Part shown: positions 11,567 to 25,251 of the stretch, one piece after another
How positions within the stretch are numbered: the first letter of the stretch is position 1
Layout of the letters: each line of letters starts with the position of its first letter
Source of the DNA: Lobosporangium transversale
Taxonomy: Eukaryota
Assembly (NCBI RefSeq): GCF_002105155.1
Contig: NW_019028980.1
Location: 744,001 to 808,000, forward strand
Reading direction: 5' to 3'
Length of the DNA: 64,000 nucleotides
The notes under the pieces: generated by a model
The model's input: the letters and a program-made list of their open reading frames with translations, nothing else
The model's database searches: none
What the model was told of the DNA's origin: nothing
Program-made: the position numbers and the translations under genes

Positions 11567-13345
11567 TTAAAGTGCTCCTCGCTCAACCCAAAACATTTTG
11601 GAGAAACCTGTGTAGCGATGAATGTTGCCAAGTTTGAACAGATCCAATTCGACTCTCGCACGTAGATAGATTCTCTTGTTAGGAGTAGCACTCATCATGA
11701 TGGCACTCGGGTGCAAGTACATGAACTGCACATCACTTGGCATATTACCCGCCACAATATCATATCGCTTGCCTGTGAAGGCATCTTCGACATAGACATT
11801 GACGACACCTGTCAAGCCCTTGCCGGATTCTGGGAATTCCCATGCAAATACATAGGGTGCTCCAACAAAAAACCGGACCTTATTTTCGATCCACCGTGTG
11901 ATATTGATCGTGCCCGCATCAATGACCTTAATGGGTGGGTTATAGCCTGGGTCGTCCATATGCTCGTTCCAAAGTTCAACATCCTCGTCGTTCTGGAAAA
12001 AATTGGGATCGATAGAGTGAGTATGATCGTGCTTCTCCTCATCTTCGTCGCCGTCCCTTTTCTCCTCGTGACTATGGGTTTTGGTCTCCTGCTGGTGTTG
12101 ATGTTCGTTTTCATGATCATTTTTAACCTCTTCCGTCTCAGTGGTATCGTCAGTGTTCACTCCCAATTCTCTCCCAGTAGGTGTGTACATATTGATTTCA
12201 TTCTCCTTTTCTATATCGTCCTCTACGCTTTGGTTTTCGTCCTCACGTTGTTGTTGATTAATAATGGGAGAAACTGGTGGCTCTTCACTGCTTTCATCAC
12301 TAATCGATTCAGTTCCTTCATAGCCAGCCTTGTCGCCATTAGTGCTAGCGATGACTTCATCCTCATTGGATTCTGATCTTTCTTCTCCATGAGATTGATC
12401 CTGAACATCGTCTTCCAGATGCGTGATATCTGAGTCCTTCTTTTCGAGTAGACTCTCAGTCGATACGTCCTTTAGATCTGGTTCTTCTTTCTGTTGTAGC
12501 TGCTGTAATTCGGCCACACCACCACCGCTGCCACCATTCAGAGGGATGGGAAAATCCGATGCAGGTGAAGGAGCCTTGACAGCGCGTAGATCCCGCGCGT
12601 GATCCTTTCGGATTATGATGGGGAAAACACTCTTCCGAACCAGGATCTTATTAGACCGGCCTTCGTAAGCGGTGATATAGAGTCGAGCCTGCGACCGAAT
12701 ATCTTTGAAAGGCTGTGCTGACGTCGTTGGTAATGAAGATGGGATTGCAGGTAGGTCAGTATCATTGGCGTCGCCCTGATGAACTCCATGGATAAATTCC
12801 TCAGGAATCTCTTCTACTTTTTCACCGTCGCCTTCCTGCTCCTGGACCAATTGTTCCTTTGTGATCAAATCATAGGGAACGATGACATCTACGAAGCGTT
12901 TAAGCGCTGATACATAACGAAGCGTAGGCCGTCGCGTGACTGTGATCGCCTCTGGGTTAGTCTCTGGGTCGACGGGGACGAAAGTAATATCGAATGTTGT
13001 ACGTGGTGGAAGATTCAGATCGACCCAACTCAAGCTTTGTAATGAACCTGAAATCCATTCATCATTAGGTTCCGGGTTTAGGATGTCAAAATCATACTTT
13101 GGTTGTTGGTGTTGGCGGGGATGAGAGTTTTTAGGCGTCTTTGATTCAGTGACTGTTGAGTTTGTATTATTAGAGGCGGGGGTTGGAGACGGAGTTGAAT
13201 TGGAAGGATCGGGATCTGCGCGAGGATGATGGGGATACGAACGCAAGCTGACCGGCATAGCCTGCACAGGAACCGGGGCCATCAGAGCCACGGAGAGAAG
13301 AGATGTTAGGCTGACAAGACCTAGGGATATCCTTATCGCCTTCAT
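11567..13345 (-). CDS. Putative secreted protein: signal peptide, two beta-rich domains separated by an acidic low-complexity linker
   Basis: ATG at 13345 gives MKAIRISLGLVSLTSLLSVALMAPVPVQA (signal-like). FDILNPEPNDEWISGSLQSLSW resembles Kre9/Ser-Thr-GPI-type N-domains. Single long exon. Confidence 0.75.
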   Translation of the reverse strand: MKAIRISLGLVSLTSLLSVALMAPVPVQAMPVSLRSYPHHPRADPDPSNSTPSPTPASNNTNSTVTESKTPKNSHPRQHQQPKYDFDILNPEPNDEWISGSLQSLSWVDLNLPPRTTFDITFVPVDPETNPEAITVTRRPTLRYVSALKRFVDVIVPYDLITKEQLVQEQEGDGEKVEEIPEEFIHGVHQGDANDTDLPAIPSSLPTTSAQPFKDIRSQARLYITAYEGRSNKILVRKSVFPIIIRKDHARDLRAVKAPSPASDFPIPLNGGSGGGVAELQQLQQKEEPDLKDVSTESLLEKKDSDITHLEDDVQDQSHGEERSESNEDEVIASTNGDKAGYEGTESISDESSEEPPVSPIINQQQREDENQSVEDDIEKENEINMYTPTGRELGVNTDDTTETEEVKNDHENEHQHQQETKTHSHEEKRDGDEDEEKHDHTHSIDPNFFQNDEDVELWNEHMDDPGYNPPIKVIDAGTINITRWIENKVRFFVGAPYVFAWEFPESGKGLTGVVNVYVEDAFTGKRYDIVAGNMPSDVQFMYLHPSAIMMSATPNKRIYLRARVELDLFKLGNIHRYTGFSKMFWVERGAL

Positions 13346-14563
13346 GACGGGATGTGAAAATATAGGTTGTGTGCGTAAAAAAGATTTGTCGTATGCAAAA
13401 AGAGAAATGTCGTATATAAAAGGAAGAGGCGGGGGTGGGAGTATTAATAGTAGTAAAGGAAAAAAATAGGTTTGAAACGGCAAGATCGGTGGAAGAAACA
13501 CACTAGTAACGGAAAAACTATAGAAAAAATATAAATAAACTGCTAGAAAACAAAGACTATAAAAGGATCGGTGAGTGAATAGTAAGAAGAGTTTGAGGAT
13601 GGATACTGTTCTTCTCTTTTAAGAAATATATTTAAAAAAAAAAGAGGTACAAGCCGTTGAAAGGAAATAAAAGGGGAAAGGAGAATTAGTTTAAATAATA
13701 ATAAATGACTCGCGTGGCAAGTATTGTTTAAAATTAAAATAGAATAGAACAGAATAGAATAAAAAGAAGAGAAAAAGGGGATGTAGACATTAAAGATGCA
13801 GTATATGCGTGTGAATGGTAATTAAGAAAATGAATGGGGATGACAGAGATGAGAATGTGGAGTTAAAGAGCGGAAAGAAGAGAAAGAAGGTGTGCGAGAG
13901 AGAGAAAGAGAGAAAGAGAGAGAGAAGAGAGAGCGATGGATGAGAGAAGAGAAAGTAAAATAAACGTGCCAATCAGATGTGAATCTTTGGTTTGTGCCTC
14001 CAATTGTATGTACGGTTAATATATTCAAATGTTTTTATCCCCTGCCTTTTCCTCTTTTTTTATTTTTATTCTGATCGGCTCTCAAAAAATAGAAAAGAAA
14101 AAAAAAGAAATGGCACCACCCTGATGGACTGTAAACAACTCTTCCGGATGAACAATATGATATGAACAGCGCCTCATCTCATGCAAAGTACTAATTGAAC
14201 TAATACAAGGTTCGCCATCTTTCTATTACCCCCTTTGCCATTCACATTAGCAAGCAAGCATGGACTTTTTGTACTTGTCTACTTTGGAAGTTTAGTCTGT
14301 TATAAATACATCTCTCTCTTTCACAGCAGGATATCTCGATAACGTACAGGTTTTACATTGATAGTCAGCAGGGCTACGCCCTTATTCTCAGCGTTTCTTC
14401 AGAGCTTGTTACTGCTCTCACAACAGACAAATAAGCATTTTCACATTAATGTTACCCTTTTTGAGACAAAAAAAAAAAAAAAAAAAACGTGATCTGAGCT
14501 GTTGTTTTGAAACTCTTTTTATATTTTTTATTTTTCTCTTTCATTGTATCCATTTCTTCTGTC

Positions 14564-15816
14564 ATGTCGAACGAATCAACCATTCCAGCTCCTGACTTCG
14601 GACCATCGAGGCTTGGTACTCAGAGCTAGTAAGTAGACCAATGATTCTTTGTTTCGAAAGTACTTTGAAAAAAGAAAAGAAAGTGTACAAATTCATATAC
14701 ATATACATATATATATATATGTTTTAAATTTTTCTAAACTTTTTTTTTTTTTTTTTTTTTTTGCAACTTAGCTGGGACTCAGTATATAACAGAGAGGTGG
14801 ACAATTACAAGGATCATGGGGATATTGGCGAGATCTGGTACGGATGGGCATAGCAGACTGAAAAAAAAGAATTCATGCTTATTTCATGAATAACTGGAAT
14901 CCTAATCAAGATTTCTTATTATCTGATTTGTTACAAAAAAAAAAAAAAAAAAAAAAAAAGGTTTGGCGAGGATAGTGCCATGAAGATGGTCGATTGGGTT
15001 GAAGAAAACTATGACTCTGTAAAAGAAACTTGTTCAATTTTAGATCTAGGCTGTGGTAATGGTCATCTCCTCCTGGATCTTGCAGAGCTCGGATTCGAGG
15101 ATCTGACTGGAATCGATTATTCACCTGCTGCGATTCAACTGGCTCGTACCATCGCGAAAGACAAAGAACTAGATCATATCATTAAATATGAGACGGTCGA
15201 TTTTTTAGCAGAGAAGGCAACACTTGAATGGTGCACTCGACAACAGACTAGTGCTACTGAAGAAAAACAGCAGCCTAAAAAGTTTACAGTATTGCTTGAT
15301 AAAGGAACTTATGATGCTATTAGTCTGCACCAAAAGAAAAAACAAGATAGTGCAGACGCCGCTACTGCTGCTGCTTCTCAGGTCGCTGTACAACAACAAC
15401 AACAAGGGGATGGACAGGGCCTAGAAAATGAAAATGAAGCAAGATCAATGGAAGGGGAGGAAGAAGAGGATATTATACTGGCAGAAAATGACAGTGACTT
15501 GGAGGAATTGGCGGATCGTTATCCCAAGCGTGTTGCTTTGATGATGCAGGATGATGGACGGCTATTGATCACCTCTTGCAACTGGACACAGGCTGAACTG
15601 ATTAAGCGCTTTTCACAATGTATGTCAATTACCTCTTCCTTTTTTCCTTTTTTATGCTCATTAAGTTCCAGGATAGTTGCTGACACAAAGATTTGTTATC
15701 CTTGACGCGTAGACTTCGATTATGAATCGCATCTCAAGTATCCGACGTTTACTTTTGGTGGTGTCAAGGGTCAGACAATTTCCAGTGTTATCTTTAAAAA
15801 AAAATCTTCGGCATAG
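14564..15816 (+). CDS. EFM4: Protein-lysine N-methyltransferase EFM4/SEE1 (EEF1AKMT2/METTL10 family), four exons
   Basis: Spliced: SRLGTQSY|WDSVYNREVDNY...GDIGEIW|FGED...ILDLGCGNG...GIDYS...LLDKGTYDAISL...LITSCNWTQAEL...|...YPTFTFGGVKGQ. Confidence 0.9.
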
Positions 15817-16052
15817 AGACGATTTCATAGAACTAAGAATCTACACATATAATGAACACATTCTTGTATTTCTGTAACTTTAAGTAGGTCAAATATGTCA
15901 AAATAACATGTATTTTTTTTTTTTTTTTTTCTCTTTGTACTAATGACTACGAATTATAGTGCAGTGGTAAGAACAAAAGAAAAAAAAAAAAAAAAAAAAA
16001 AAGGTAAAAGAAACGTAATGGGACAAAAATAAGATGGAGTGGGGGGTCATAT

Positions 16053-17179
16053 TTAAATCTCGTCAATATCGAACTCGACATCAAGCTCGTCTTCGCTACC
16101 CTGGAAGGTATCGGTTTCGTTGATTTTGGCTGTATTTGGAGGTTAAGGAATGAAGAAAAAAAAAATTAGATATTGCATTTCTTGGTTAATTGATAAAATA
16201 AAAACAAAAGTATTATCATGAATTCATTACCGCTTTCGGGCAACTCGCCATATGCCTTCAAGTTACGAGCTTCTTCAGTGTTATACTTGAGAATGACGTC
16301 CGCCTTGTCGTCTTGGAAATCACGGAGAGAAATAAGAATGATGTCTCCCTGATTGATCCAGACCTATTATATGTTTCATTTTGGAATGAACAAGAGCCAC
16401 AAACAAGTTGAACTTTTAATTAGTGAAGCCTGTTTGACAGATAGGGGCTGCATGCGCCGCATTCCTTGTAATAAAACTGCGGCTCTCTCTCTTTTTTTTT
16501 TTTTTTTTTTGTTTTTCTTTCTCAAACAAAACGTTGCGTATTTTTGCGGATTAGCGTGGGGTGAGCATGTGCATCTTGGAGAGAGTTCATGCTCTGTGCC
16601 TGATTGATGACAGATGACACTAGAAGCGCACAGACAGTGTATTTTTGGAAAAAATCAAAAATTAGGCCACAAATGGGATATTGAGGTATACCTTTTTTCT
16701 CATCTTTCCACGAATATGTGCTAGCCTTTTTTCGCCATCAAAGCATTGGGCCTCTACACGACCGTTTCCGAGCATCTTGAGGACTTGAGCATATTCTTTT
16801 TAATCATTTAGGGTCAAAAGGCGAAATGTTAGGAGAGTATACAGGATAAAGATGTCATGATACATCATCATCGCTTTTTTCTTTCTTGTTTGGTTTGTCA
16901 TCTGAGTATCAGCTTTTAGGTATACTATTTCCACTGATGTAATGTCTTTTTTACCTTGTCCATCTTCCTTGAAGACCAACTCACGCTTCTCGCCTTCGTT
17001 CTCGTTTTTTCCACGTCTTCTGTTCTTTCCTCCCTATTTTCAACAAATCGAAGCATGTGACACTATATGTTAATGATAGCACAAGACAAAGAGGTAAACA
17101 AAGAAAAAAAAAAAAAAAAAGTCCGGAATCAAGAACTAAAGATTGTAGAGAGACGCACCTTTCCTTTATTCTTTGGCAT
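16053..17179 (-). CDS. TIF11: Translation initiation factor eIF1A, five exons (missed by the ORF track)
   Basis: [121 protein letters not shown]...DIDEI*. Confidence 0.97.
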
Positions 17180-17956
17180 GATTGTTTAATCCTGTAGAAT
17201 AATATCGTTTGTTATTTGTTTCGGGTCGAGAAGAAAAAGCGAGAGTAATAATGAGAAAGAAATAAAAAAAAGAGAAAGGGAGAGGGAGATATATATTATG
17301 ATTAGATACTGATCCTTTCAGAGGATTTCTTGAGTCGTGATGTGAAGAAGAGAAAGAAGAATCCCTTTAAAGTATGAGAATGTATATATCCGTCATTGGT
17401 TCACTCTTCAAAAAAAAAAGAAAAAAAAATATGTCCTTCCTGCTGTCCAGGGCAATTCCAAGTATGACATAACATCCGCAGTAGTTGATGCAGGAAAAAA
17501 AAAAAAAAAAAAAAAAAAGAAATGAAATAAACCCCTGCTCTTCACACAAGCATAATAATGAGTAAAAAAATAAAACGAAATAAAAAAAAAAAGGCTGCAT
17601 CCAAGGGGAATCGGATTATTGTCGTTTTCTACATGGTTGTCTGTAATACAAACTGAAAAAGGGATTTTTTTTTTTTTTTTTTTTTGCTTGACGTACGATT
17701 ATCGAGGATGGTTAAAGAAAGGATGTGAAATTAGATCAATCGAACGTTTTTATTTTTCCCTTGTTTACACTCAGACCCCCTCACTCTTTGGCTTCTATGC
17801 TGTGGGATGAACTAAACTCAAGAACCGCAGTCAAAAAAAAAAATTGGTGACATCACATTGTTTTATCATGTGACTTAGGATCCAATTATGTGGAATTAAC
17901 ACATCTTTACTTTTTGTAGCATTTTTTTTATTCATTGCTTCAAAAAAAAAAAAAAG

Positions 17957-18349
17957 ATGTCTAAACCTCGGAGGACGGTCGCTGCATTCTCAGCAAGCAT
18001 TGCTACTTGTGCATCTACTGTAATATGAAGTCTGTTTACTTTACTATAACAATCCAAAGAAAAACAGAAACAAAAAAAAAACCTCTACTTGTATCTGATA
18101 AGCAGTGACTTGTACATAATACAAAAATCCATATCTTTAGGCCACTGCATATGGCGCATGTATCTCCGCAACCATGAACGACGTTCATAAAGGTGTCTGC
18201 GAAAAAGAGTTTTTGGCTTTCAAGGAGTGTGTCCAAGCTTCTGTAGGTCTACCTACCCTCATATGCAAATTGTATTTTATTATTAATATTATTATTGGTA
18301 ACAAACTAACCCAATTTACTGTATTTTTTAGATGAAACGCAAATGGTAA
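17957..18349 (+). CDS. Small twin-CX9C mitochondrial protein, NDUFAF8-like (complex I assembly factor), three exons (missed by the ORF track)
   Basis: MSKPRRTVAAFSASIATCAST|ATAYGACISATMNDVHKGVCEKEFLAFKECVQAS|MKRKW*. Two CX9C pairs and the AYGxC...CxxEFxxxxxC pattern of NDUFAF8. Confidence 0.8.
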
Positions 18350-18554
18350 ACTAAAAGTCCAGCAACGTGGTCGAGTAAAAGATAATGTTCATTGTAAATT
18401 AGCAAGGTCCTCCTCTCTGAGTAATAAAGGGAAATATAGTTGCAGGCCATCACTTTAATATATATTTTTTTGTTGTATACAAGATCTTCTTTGGGACTAA
18501 GAAAAAAAAACAAAACTGAGATAATAATCAATAATTCTTCGGCGGTGGAGGCGA

Positions 18555-19023
18555 TCAATCCAACTAGGTAGATTAGAAAGCAATGGGAAAGAATGATTAA
18601 AATCACAAGAAAAAGAAATCGTGGAGCCCAAGATCAATTTTTTTATTTTTATTTTTTCTTATACCTGCATCTCCTGGATCTTGATATCGTACAAGGACTC
18701 AATGTCTTCCAGGGTCTGTTTCTGCCCTGGATCACAAAGATTAATCACTAATGTGCGCAGTCCTGATCGTCCAAATGGACCAAACGACGATATGTAGTAT
18801 GCAGCACGTCTGGACATCTCATAATTGATCATCAAGGATGAATAATCCAGATCTAGATTGTCCATCAAAGTCAATTCAGAAACCAGAATACAAGGATCTG
18901 GACCATTGAATTGTCGTGCCACTTCAGTATTATCCGCCAAACTCCACTAATCATAGGAAAGAAGAAGAAAAAAAAAAGATTGTTGTGAATTAGCAGGTTT
19001 TGCGGATTAAAATCGTTTATCAG

Positions 19024-19055
<32 letters not shown>

Positions 19056-22000
19056 TACAGCAGAGAGTACAGGCAACTTGTGTGCAGCAAGCTTGGCCGT
19101 CAATGCTTCTGTCGTGCTCTGAGACTGTGTTAGGATCACAGTGTGCGAAATGTTCGGATTCTTCGTCAAGATCTGCATCAACACCTCCCACTTGTGATCT
19201 CTAGGTGCTGTCGATTCAACCTTCTGATTCTTATCATCACTTGCTTCCTTTTCCTTTTCTTCTTCTTTCTCTCCACCCTTCTCTTTCTCTTTCTCTTTCT
19301 CATTCGCGCCAACTACTGCTGAAGAAGAAGATGGCGATGATGAGGATGGAATTGATACATAATAATGTTCACTCCACTGCATTGTTAGTTCATCTGCTCT
19401 CCGGACAACTGCATCTGCTCTAAAGTGCCGATCTTTGATCACTTGAATCTTGGGCTCGATCCGTCCTGTCATCAAAATCACTTGAGCATCCCGCGCTAAA
19501 AGCCCCAAGAATTGCTTGAATGAATCAAAATCAACCAACTCTGCGACTCGCATCGAGATCACTACGGTACCGATAGCTTTCATATCTAATACATTATTCC
19601 TAACTGCCTCCAGCAGCGGACCAAGCGTTGTTACCACCACTTGCTTGGGTTGTTCGGGATCTATAAGGACGGATGTTTTATCCGTATCCTTAGCCATGTC
19701 CGTTGTGAGGAGAATAGCCTCCAGTCCTGGAGTTTCTTTGAACCATATCTGGAAATCTTCGTGGACCTTCTGTGGCTTGACACCGTCCGAACAGACGACA
19801 AGTGCTTGACAGTGCTTCTGGGTCAAAGCTGCTGAGGAAAGTTTCTGTAACAAGGCAATGGCCAAGGTATTGGTACGATCATTTTGGGATTGAGATTGCG
19901 CTATTAGGTCTTTGCCCTGCTGGAATGGTTCCATGATCATCTTTTGAATATTGGAAGGTTTCTCAAGTCTGGCACAAAAAATAAAACTATTAGCCCTGAT
20001 CCATTCTCATTGAGTATCGAAACATTTAAAAAGCAAGGGTGGGGTTTTTTTTTCAAGATTGATGACATACCCAGCCCTCGCAATGCTAGCCATGACAACA
20101 GGGTTAAGATTCATCTCCTTCCAAGTCATCTGGCACTCGAGTGAATCTGAAAACATTGGCGCCTACATACGCGTTGAGAAATAGGAGTTTTGAATAGGGT
20201 CAGGATGAATTCCCTTAAAAAATTAAAATAAAAGATGATTCTCTTTATCTGACATTCATGTGCAGATTCCAAAAATACCAAAATTAAATAAAAAAAAAAA
20301 TAATAATAATAAATAAAAAATGTAAATGATGAAGAAAATCTCACTAATCTTTACGTACAAAGCCTCTTGGTTCTCTAGGCTTTGAGGATTTGTTTCCCCT
20401 TGCAGACTTGTCAAACTGTCCTCTTGCCTCAGAAGAACCGTGTTGTTGTCCATCAGAGGGCTGTCCATACTGATTCGAATATGATCCAGACCTGGGGCCC
20501 CTAGGATTCTCTGAACGAGGTCCTCTTTGATAGTTGCTCTGACGCGCATCCCACGACTGATCTGATTCAGAGCCCTGGAACCTTCGGCCACCACCACCTC
20601 GGCCACCACCGAATCTCACATCACCTCCGCCACTACCGAATCTCGCATCACCTCCGCCACTACCGAATCTCGCATCACCTCCGCCACCACCAAATCTCGC
20701 ATCACCTCTATCATTCGCAAATCTACCTCCACCACGTCCGCGCCCAGAAGAGCTCCTGTCGAACCTTTGAGGCCCATTTCCTCCGTAGCTTTGCGTGTCA
20801 CCACCCCAGCTTTGCGTGTCACCACCCCAGCTTCTAGTGGGCTGTGAATCGGTATCTTCACCCCACTTCACATCCGTTCCCCCTCCTGAGCTCTCCACAG
20901 GCGAATCTCCCCAGCCATCATTACCCCCTTTTACCACAGGTGCTTCGCCCCAACCTTCCTCCTTCACAGCTGTTGGGGTATCACTAGTATTTGCCTCGTC
21001 ATTCGTAGGCGCAGGTGGGGCGTCCCAACTATTGCTGTTTGCGCCTGCAGACGTGCTACCACGAGAACCGCCTCTATTTGCCGCAGATCCACCTGCACGA
21101 CCTCCTCTCGGTGGTCTAGATGAACCTCTTGATGAGGAGTAGCCACGGCCAGTAGTAGTGGTAGTAGCAGTGGAAGCTGATTGGTCACCCCAACCACTAT
21201 TCTCTGTAGCTGACTGGTCGCCCCAGCCACTATTCTCCGTAGTTGTAGTAGCAGGAGCAGAATCCCCCCAGCTATCGCCCGATGCAGAAGTGGCATCCTT
21301 TGCGTTGGTTTCGGAGTTATAGGGAGGTCCTGCTGAAGCACCTTTTTTCTTGAAATCTTGTTTACCCTTGGAAGCTGGGCCTCTCTTGGAGTTGGAACGA
21401 GGACCAGCAGTAGAATCTCCCTGACTGGCGTTGGCGTCAGCTTCAACGTTGTCCTGACTGGGGGTCTGGTCGCCTGTGTTCCGGCTCTCTGCATCCTGGT
21501 TCGACTCTTGGTTTTGATTTTGGCTCTGGTTTTTGCTCTTGTTCTTGGGCCCTCTCTTCGTCTGCTCCTTACGCTCCTTCGAGGACGCTCTACTGTTTCT
21601 ATTGGGACTGGCAGAAACAGTCGAGATTTCTTCTTCATCCTTGTTTTTGTTCCTTTTGCTCGGCTTGCGTTTCTTTGGTGCTGCAGAATCCGATGGAGTG
21701 GCGGTATCAGTGGCAGGTGACACAGTCGCATCCTCGATAGCCTCTTTGTTCTTGGGTTGTCCCGAAGTTTGTTCTCCGCCCGCGGAACGAGGTGCACGAG
21801 ACGGCTTGCTAGTCTTTTTGGTTTGTTCACCGCTTGAAGGCTCGCTCTTTAGGCATATGCAGGCATTATAAGAAATAGGCGATGTTACTTGGCCGTATGA
21901 GAATTATGTCGACAACAATAGCAAAACTACAAAAGTAACTCTTAAACACTTACAACAGCTGGCTGTTCTGCTGCAGTAGCCCATCCGGAAGGAATTGAGC

Positions 22001-22835
22001 TTGCAGGATTTGACGTATCATTGTTAGACGCTTCGCCCCAACCGCCATCGCCTGTTGATGTTGCAGCTGTTGGCGGAGCCCCCCATCCATTATTATCCTG
22101 CGTAGTTGTAGTTGTATCCCGACCCTCCTGGCCATCGTTGTTATTGTTTTGATTTGAGGCAAACCTTTCTCTTGTGCCTTCCTCACCTCCTGCCCCCCCT
22201 CCTCGTCCTCCTCTTCCACGTCCTCCACGCCCTCCACGTCCTCGTCCTCCTCGTGATGGAAATTGCTCTGACCCTCTACCACGACGACTGTTGGGGGGTG
22301 AAGATGATGCAGGAGCAGAGGCAGCCGCAGATGGGCCACTCGTACTAGCATCTACACCGGACTCAGCTGTACTGGCGCCGGCGGCAGCTGCTTCTGATGG
22401 CTTTTTACCTCTCTTGTTTCTCTTACTAGTGGGAGGAGTGGATGGAGCCTCTCCGGTGGATGATGGCTGCTGTCCTTCTTGACCTTCATCACCACCACCA
22501 CTGCGGATGGAGGGTGACGACGGAGCGGGGGCCGAGGAGCTTTCTCCATCCTTATCTGTGATGGCAGCCTTGTTCTTCCTAGGTTTTGGGGGCCTGGGTG
22601 AATTGCTATTGGCAGGGCTTGATACGGGTGTAACATTGCCATCACCATTGCTTGAATCTGCTGCTGTTACTGCTGTTGCTGTTTTGTCAGCTTTGTCAGT
22701 TTTATCAGCCTTGTTCTTCTTGTTGCCTTTACCCTGTTTGCCCTGCGGCTGCTTGTCCTTGTCCTGTTGTGGTTGAGTGGTATCTTGGCTGGTACCCTCA
22801 GTCACATTTTTTGGTTCAGATGTCGATTCGCTCAT
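18555..22835 (-). CDS. Large protein: ~800-aa disordered RGG/WG-rich N-terminus fused to a degenerate eIF4A-like DEAD-box helicase module (multi-exon; last exon uncertain)
   Basis: ORFs 21942-22835 and 20344-21723 are RGG- and xWG-rich. Spliced continuation WKEMNLNPVVMASIARAG|LEKPSNIQKMIMEPFQQGKDLIAQSQSQNDRT...VILMTGRI...SLMINYEM...FGRSGLRTLVINL...IESLYDIKIQEM aligns by eye to eIF4A. Confidence 0.75.
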
Positions 22836-25206
22836 GGCTGCGGCTCTCGATCTGTCGCGTCGAATGAGCTGTAATGCGTTTTCTTTTGGGAAGGGAAGAG
22901 GAGGTGAGGTGGAGTAAGGAGAGGTTTAAAAGAACAAGAGAGAAGGAAAATAAAAAAGAGGGGGGGGAAGGTTGGGTGTGTGAAAGTATTAAATACATTC
23001 ATCAGCTATGAGCTCGCGTATCGTATTCACTTATTTCCGCACTCACAGGCTCACGAGACAATCTTCTGGAAAACGAGCTTGCATTTCTGCGGCTAAAAAT
23101 GCGTAAGGGTATTTACGAACTTTGATTGGCGCTAGAATAACAACTTTATTTCGCTGCAGGGATCAAATACCACATTCTTCCTTAACTAAGCAAGCATCAT
23201 TTTTTTTTTTTTTTTTTTTTAGTTCCGATGTTATTGAGAGCAAGAATGATGCTCTAAAAGTCGCAGCTATCCCAAGATTGAAGCCTACTGAGGAGTTCAA
23301 GATAGAATCTGTCATGGCAGCAGTTAGCAGCAACACCCACGGCCGCTACTACTGCCATAACACCCTACGGCAAGAAAGAAAACAAAAGAAAAGGATAAAA
23401 AGAAGGCCTGTATCACTATGTAAGGAACGCTGGCTTTTTTTTTTTTTTTTTTTCCCCACCAGCAAAGGCTTTCAGTTTTTTGCGCGCATGCACTAAAGTA
23501 ATGGCGTTTTCCTAAACATCAAATGTCAAATATCACACGCTAGTATTTAAAATCAGTACAAGAAGCCTTGCAATCCTTATCCTTTGAAGCTGCACTCATA
23601 AGGAATGCAGGTACTGAAGGATTATTCTTCATTTTCTCTTCAGAGCTCAGTTTAAGTTCTATCTATTTAAATGTGAAGGCTTTTAATATTTTCCCTCCAA
23701 GCTTTATTAAGGCTCAATCCTATCCAGAACTTTGACTAGAGGAGAGAGGATATGTCGCGTTGTCAAGTATTTTCTATAGGATTTTCGCCATTTTGTTCAG
23801 CAAAGATCTAGAAGCCATAACAGGCACTTCTTTCTTTCATTTTCATTACTTATTATGGTTCACCACGAATTACAGAGGAGGCACACATCCCACTTATGGA
23901 GAGCACTTTCAGTCAGGAACTTGAAGCGTGTTACCAGTCGAGAAATATCTTTCTTGGAGTGCTTTTATATTTCCGAAGATCTGGAAGATATCTCGGGCAC
24001 GGTAATCTCCTGGTATTCTGGCTGCAAGCACAAGCATGTCGGTAGATATAGCATAAATGGTCATCCGAATGGATAAGGTCGCAAACTATCCTGAGATTGT
24101 TCTCCATGTCTGTGGAATTAGCATTGTATGTCTTTGCAATACAGAAGCACACGGCCAATACATCTACCAAAGCAATGTTTGCATAGTAAAACCCAGAAGC
24201 CAAGCTAGATAATAGCATAGGAGAAGACAATAAATTAGCTTTGTGGGTTATGTGCTGTAACGAGTAAAACTTTGAGCTATCGCTTTTTGGATTTTGTTAT
24301 TCTTGCCAATGTAGTGGCAGTAACTCGAGCTTAGGATAGCGAGAGGCGGAGGCCCATTGAAACGGGTAGTTTGTGGCTGTAAGGAAGACAAAAGCGCAAA
24401 GGGTGGGTTTTATAGTTTCAACGATAGTGATGCTTCGCCACAATGTTGAGTATCAGTACTCTTTAGGATACGATTGAATTGAGCCATGCAGGTAATTTAA
24501 AATCCCCTTCATCTGGATGGGGAAAGTTCAATAGTGACTGGAATAAAATTGAATAGGAAAACGTCTCCTCATAAAGTCATTGTGAAGATGTTGTGCGTGC
24601 TGAGACTCCTATCCATGCTTCCGTCAATTAAAATCAAATCCTGTCTGAAAATTTATAAAGGGATCAATTTTATCCTCCTACAGCGATACAAGGGTTTGTT
24701 TATTTACGTTTGGCAAATTTGGCAAATTAGGAGAAGCTGACAACCCCAGTTTTCAGCGCCTCCTGTAATTATGCTTACTACCCACAGCCCAGTCATACTC
24801 TTATGCACATGAGGAAATAGATAAAGATTTACACACAAGTAATTACTTTTTTTTATAAAAATAATAAAAAAAAAAAAAAAAAAAAATAGAGAGAACCAGT
24901 TCTCGCCCGATGAAGAGAAAGATGTGTTCACTTAAACTAGTCCTAACCGCATGTGAAGCGCCCGGTCATAAACATTCTGACTATCTTTAAAGATACGATT
25001 GAATTGATCCAACGCAAATGATTTTATTAAAAAAGAGTATACTAAAAGTTTCGGAACCATATATATTTTTGTCCTCATCCCTTAAATCGGGTAGGGAAAT
25101 TATGTTTATCAAACGCGATCGAAATAAAAATAGAAGGAATGCTACTCAGGAAGTCATTGACTGGACAGCGCTGTGCTTAAAATTATAGGGAAATTTGTCA
25201 GTGTCC

Positions 25207-25215
25207 TGACGCGTT

Positions 25216-25251
<36 letters not shown>

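Noticed and set aside
11711..12376. 221-aa hydrophobic ORF on the + strand (and similar antisense ORFs over the RGG gene, GH95 and kinase)
   Set aside because: Antisense shadows of real coding sequence.
23100..25100. Short ORFs upstream of the RGG/eIF4A-like gene
   Set aside because: No recognisable motifs or consistent exon structure.
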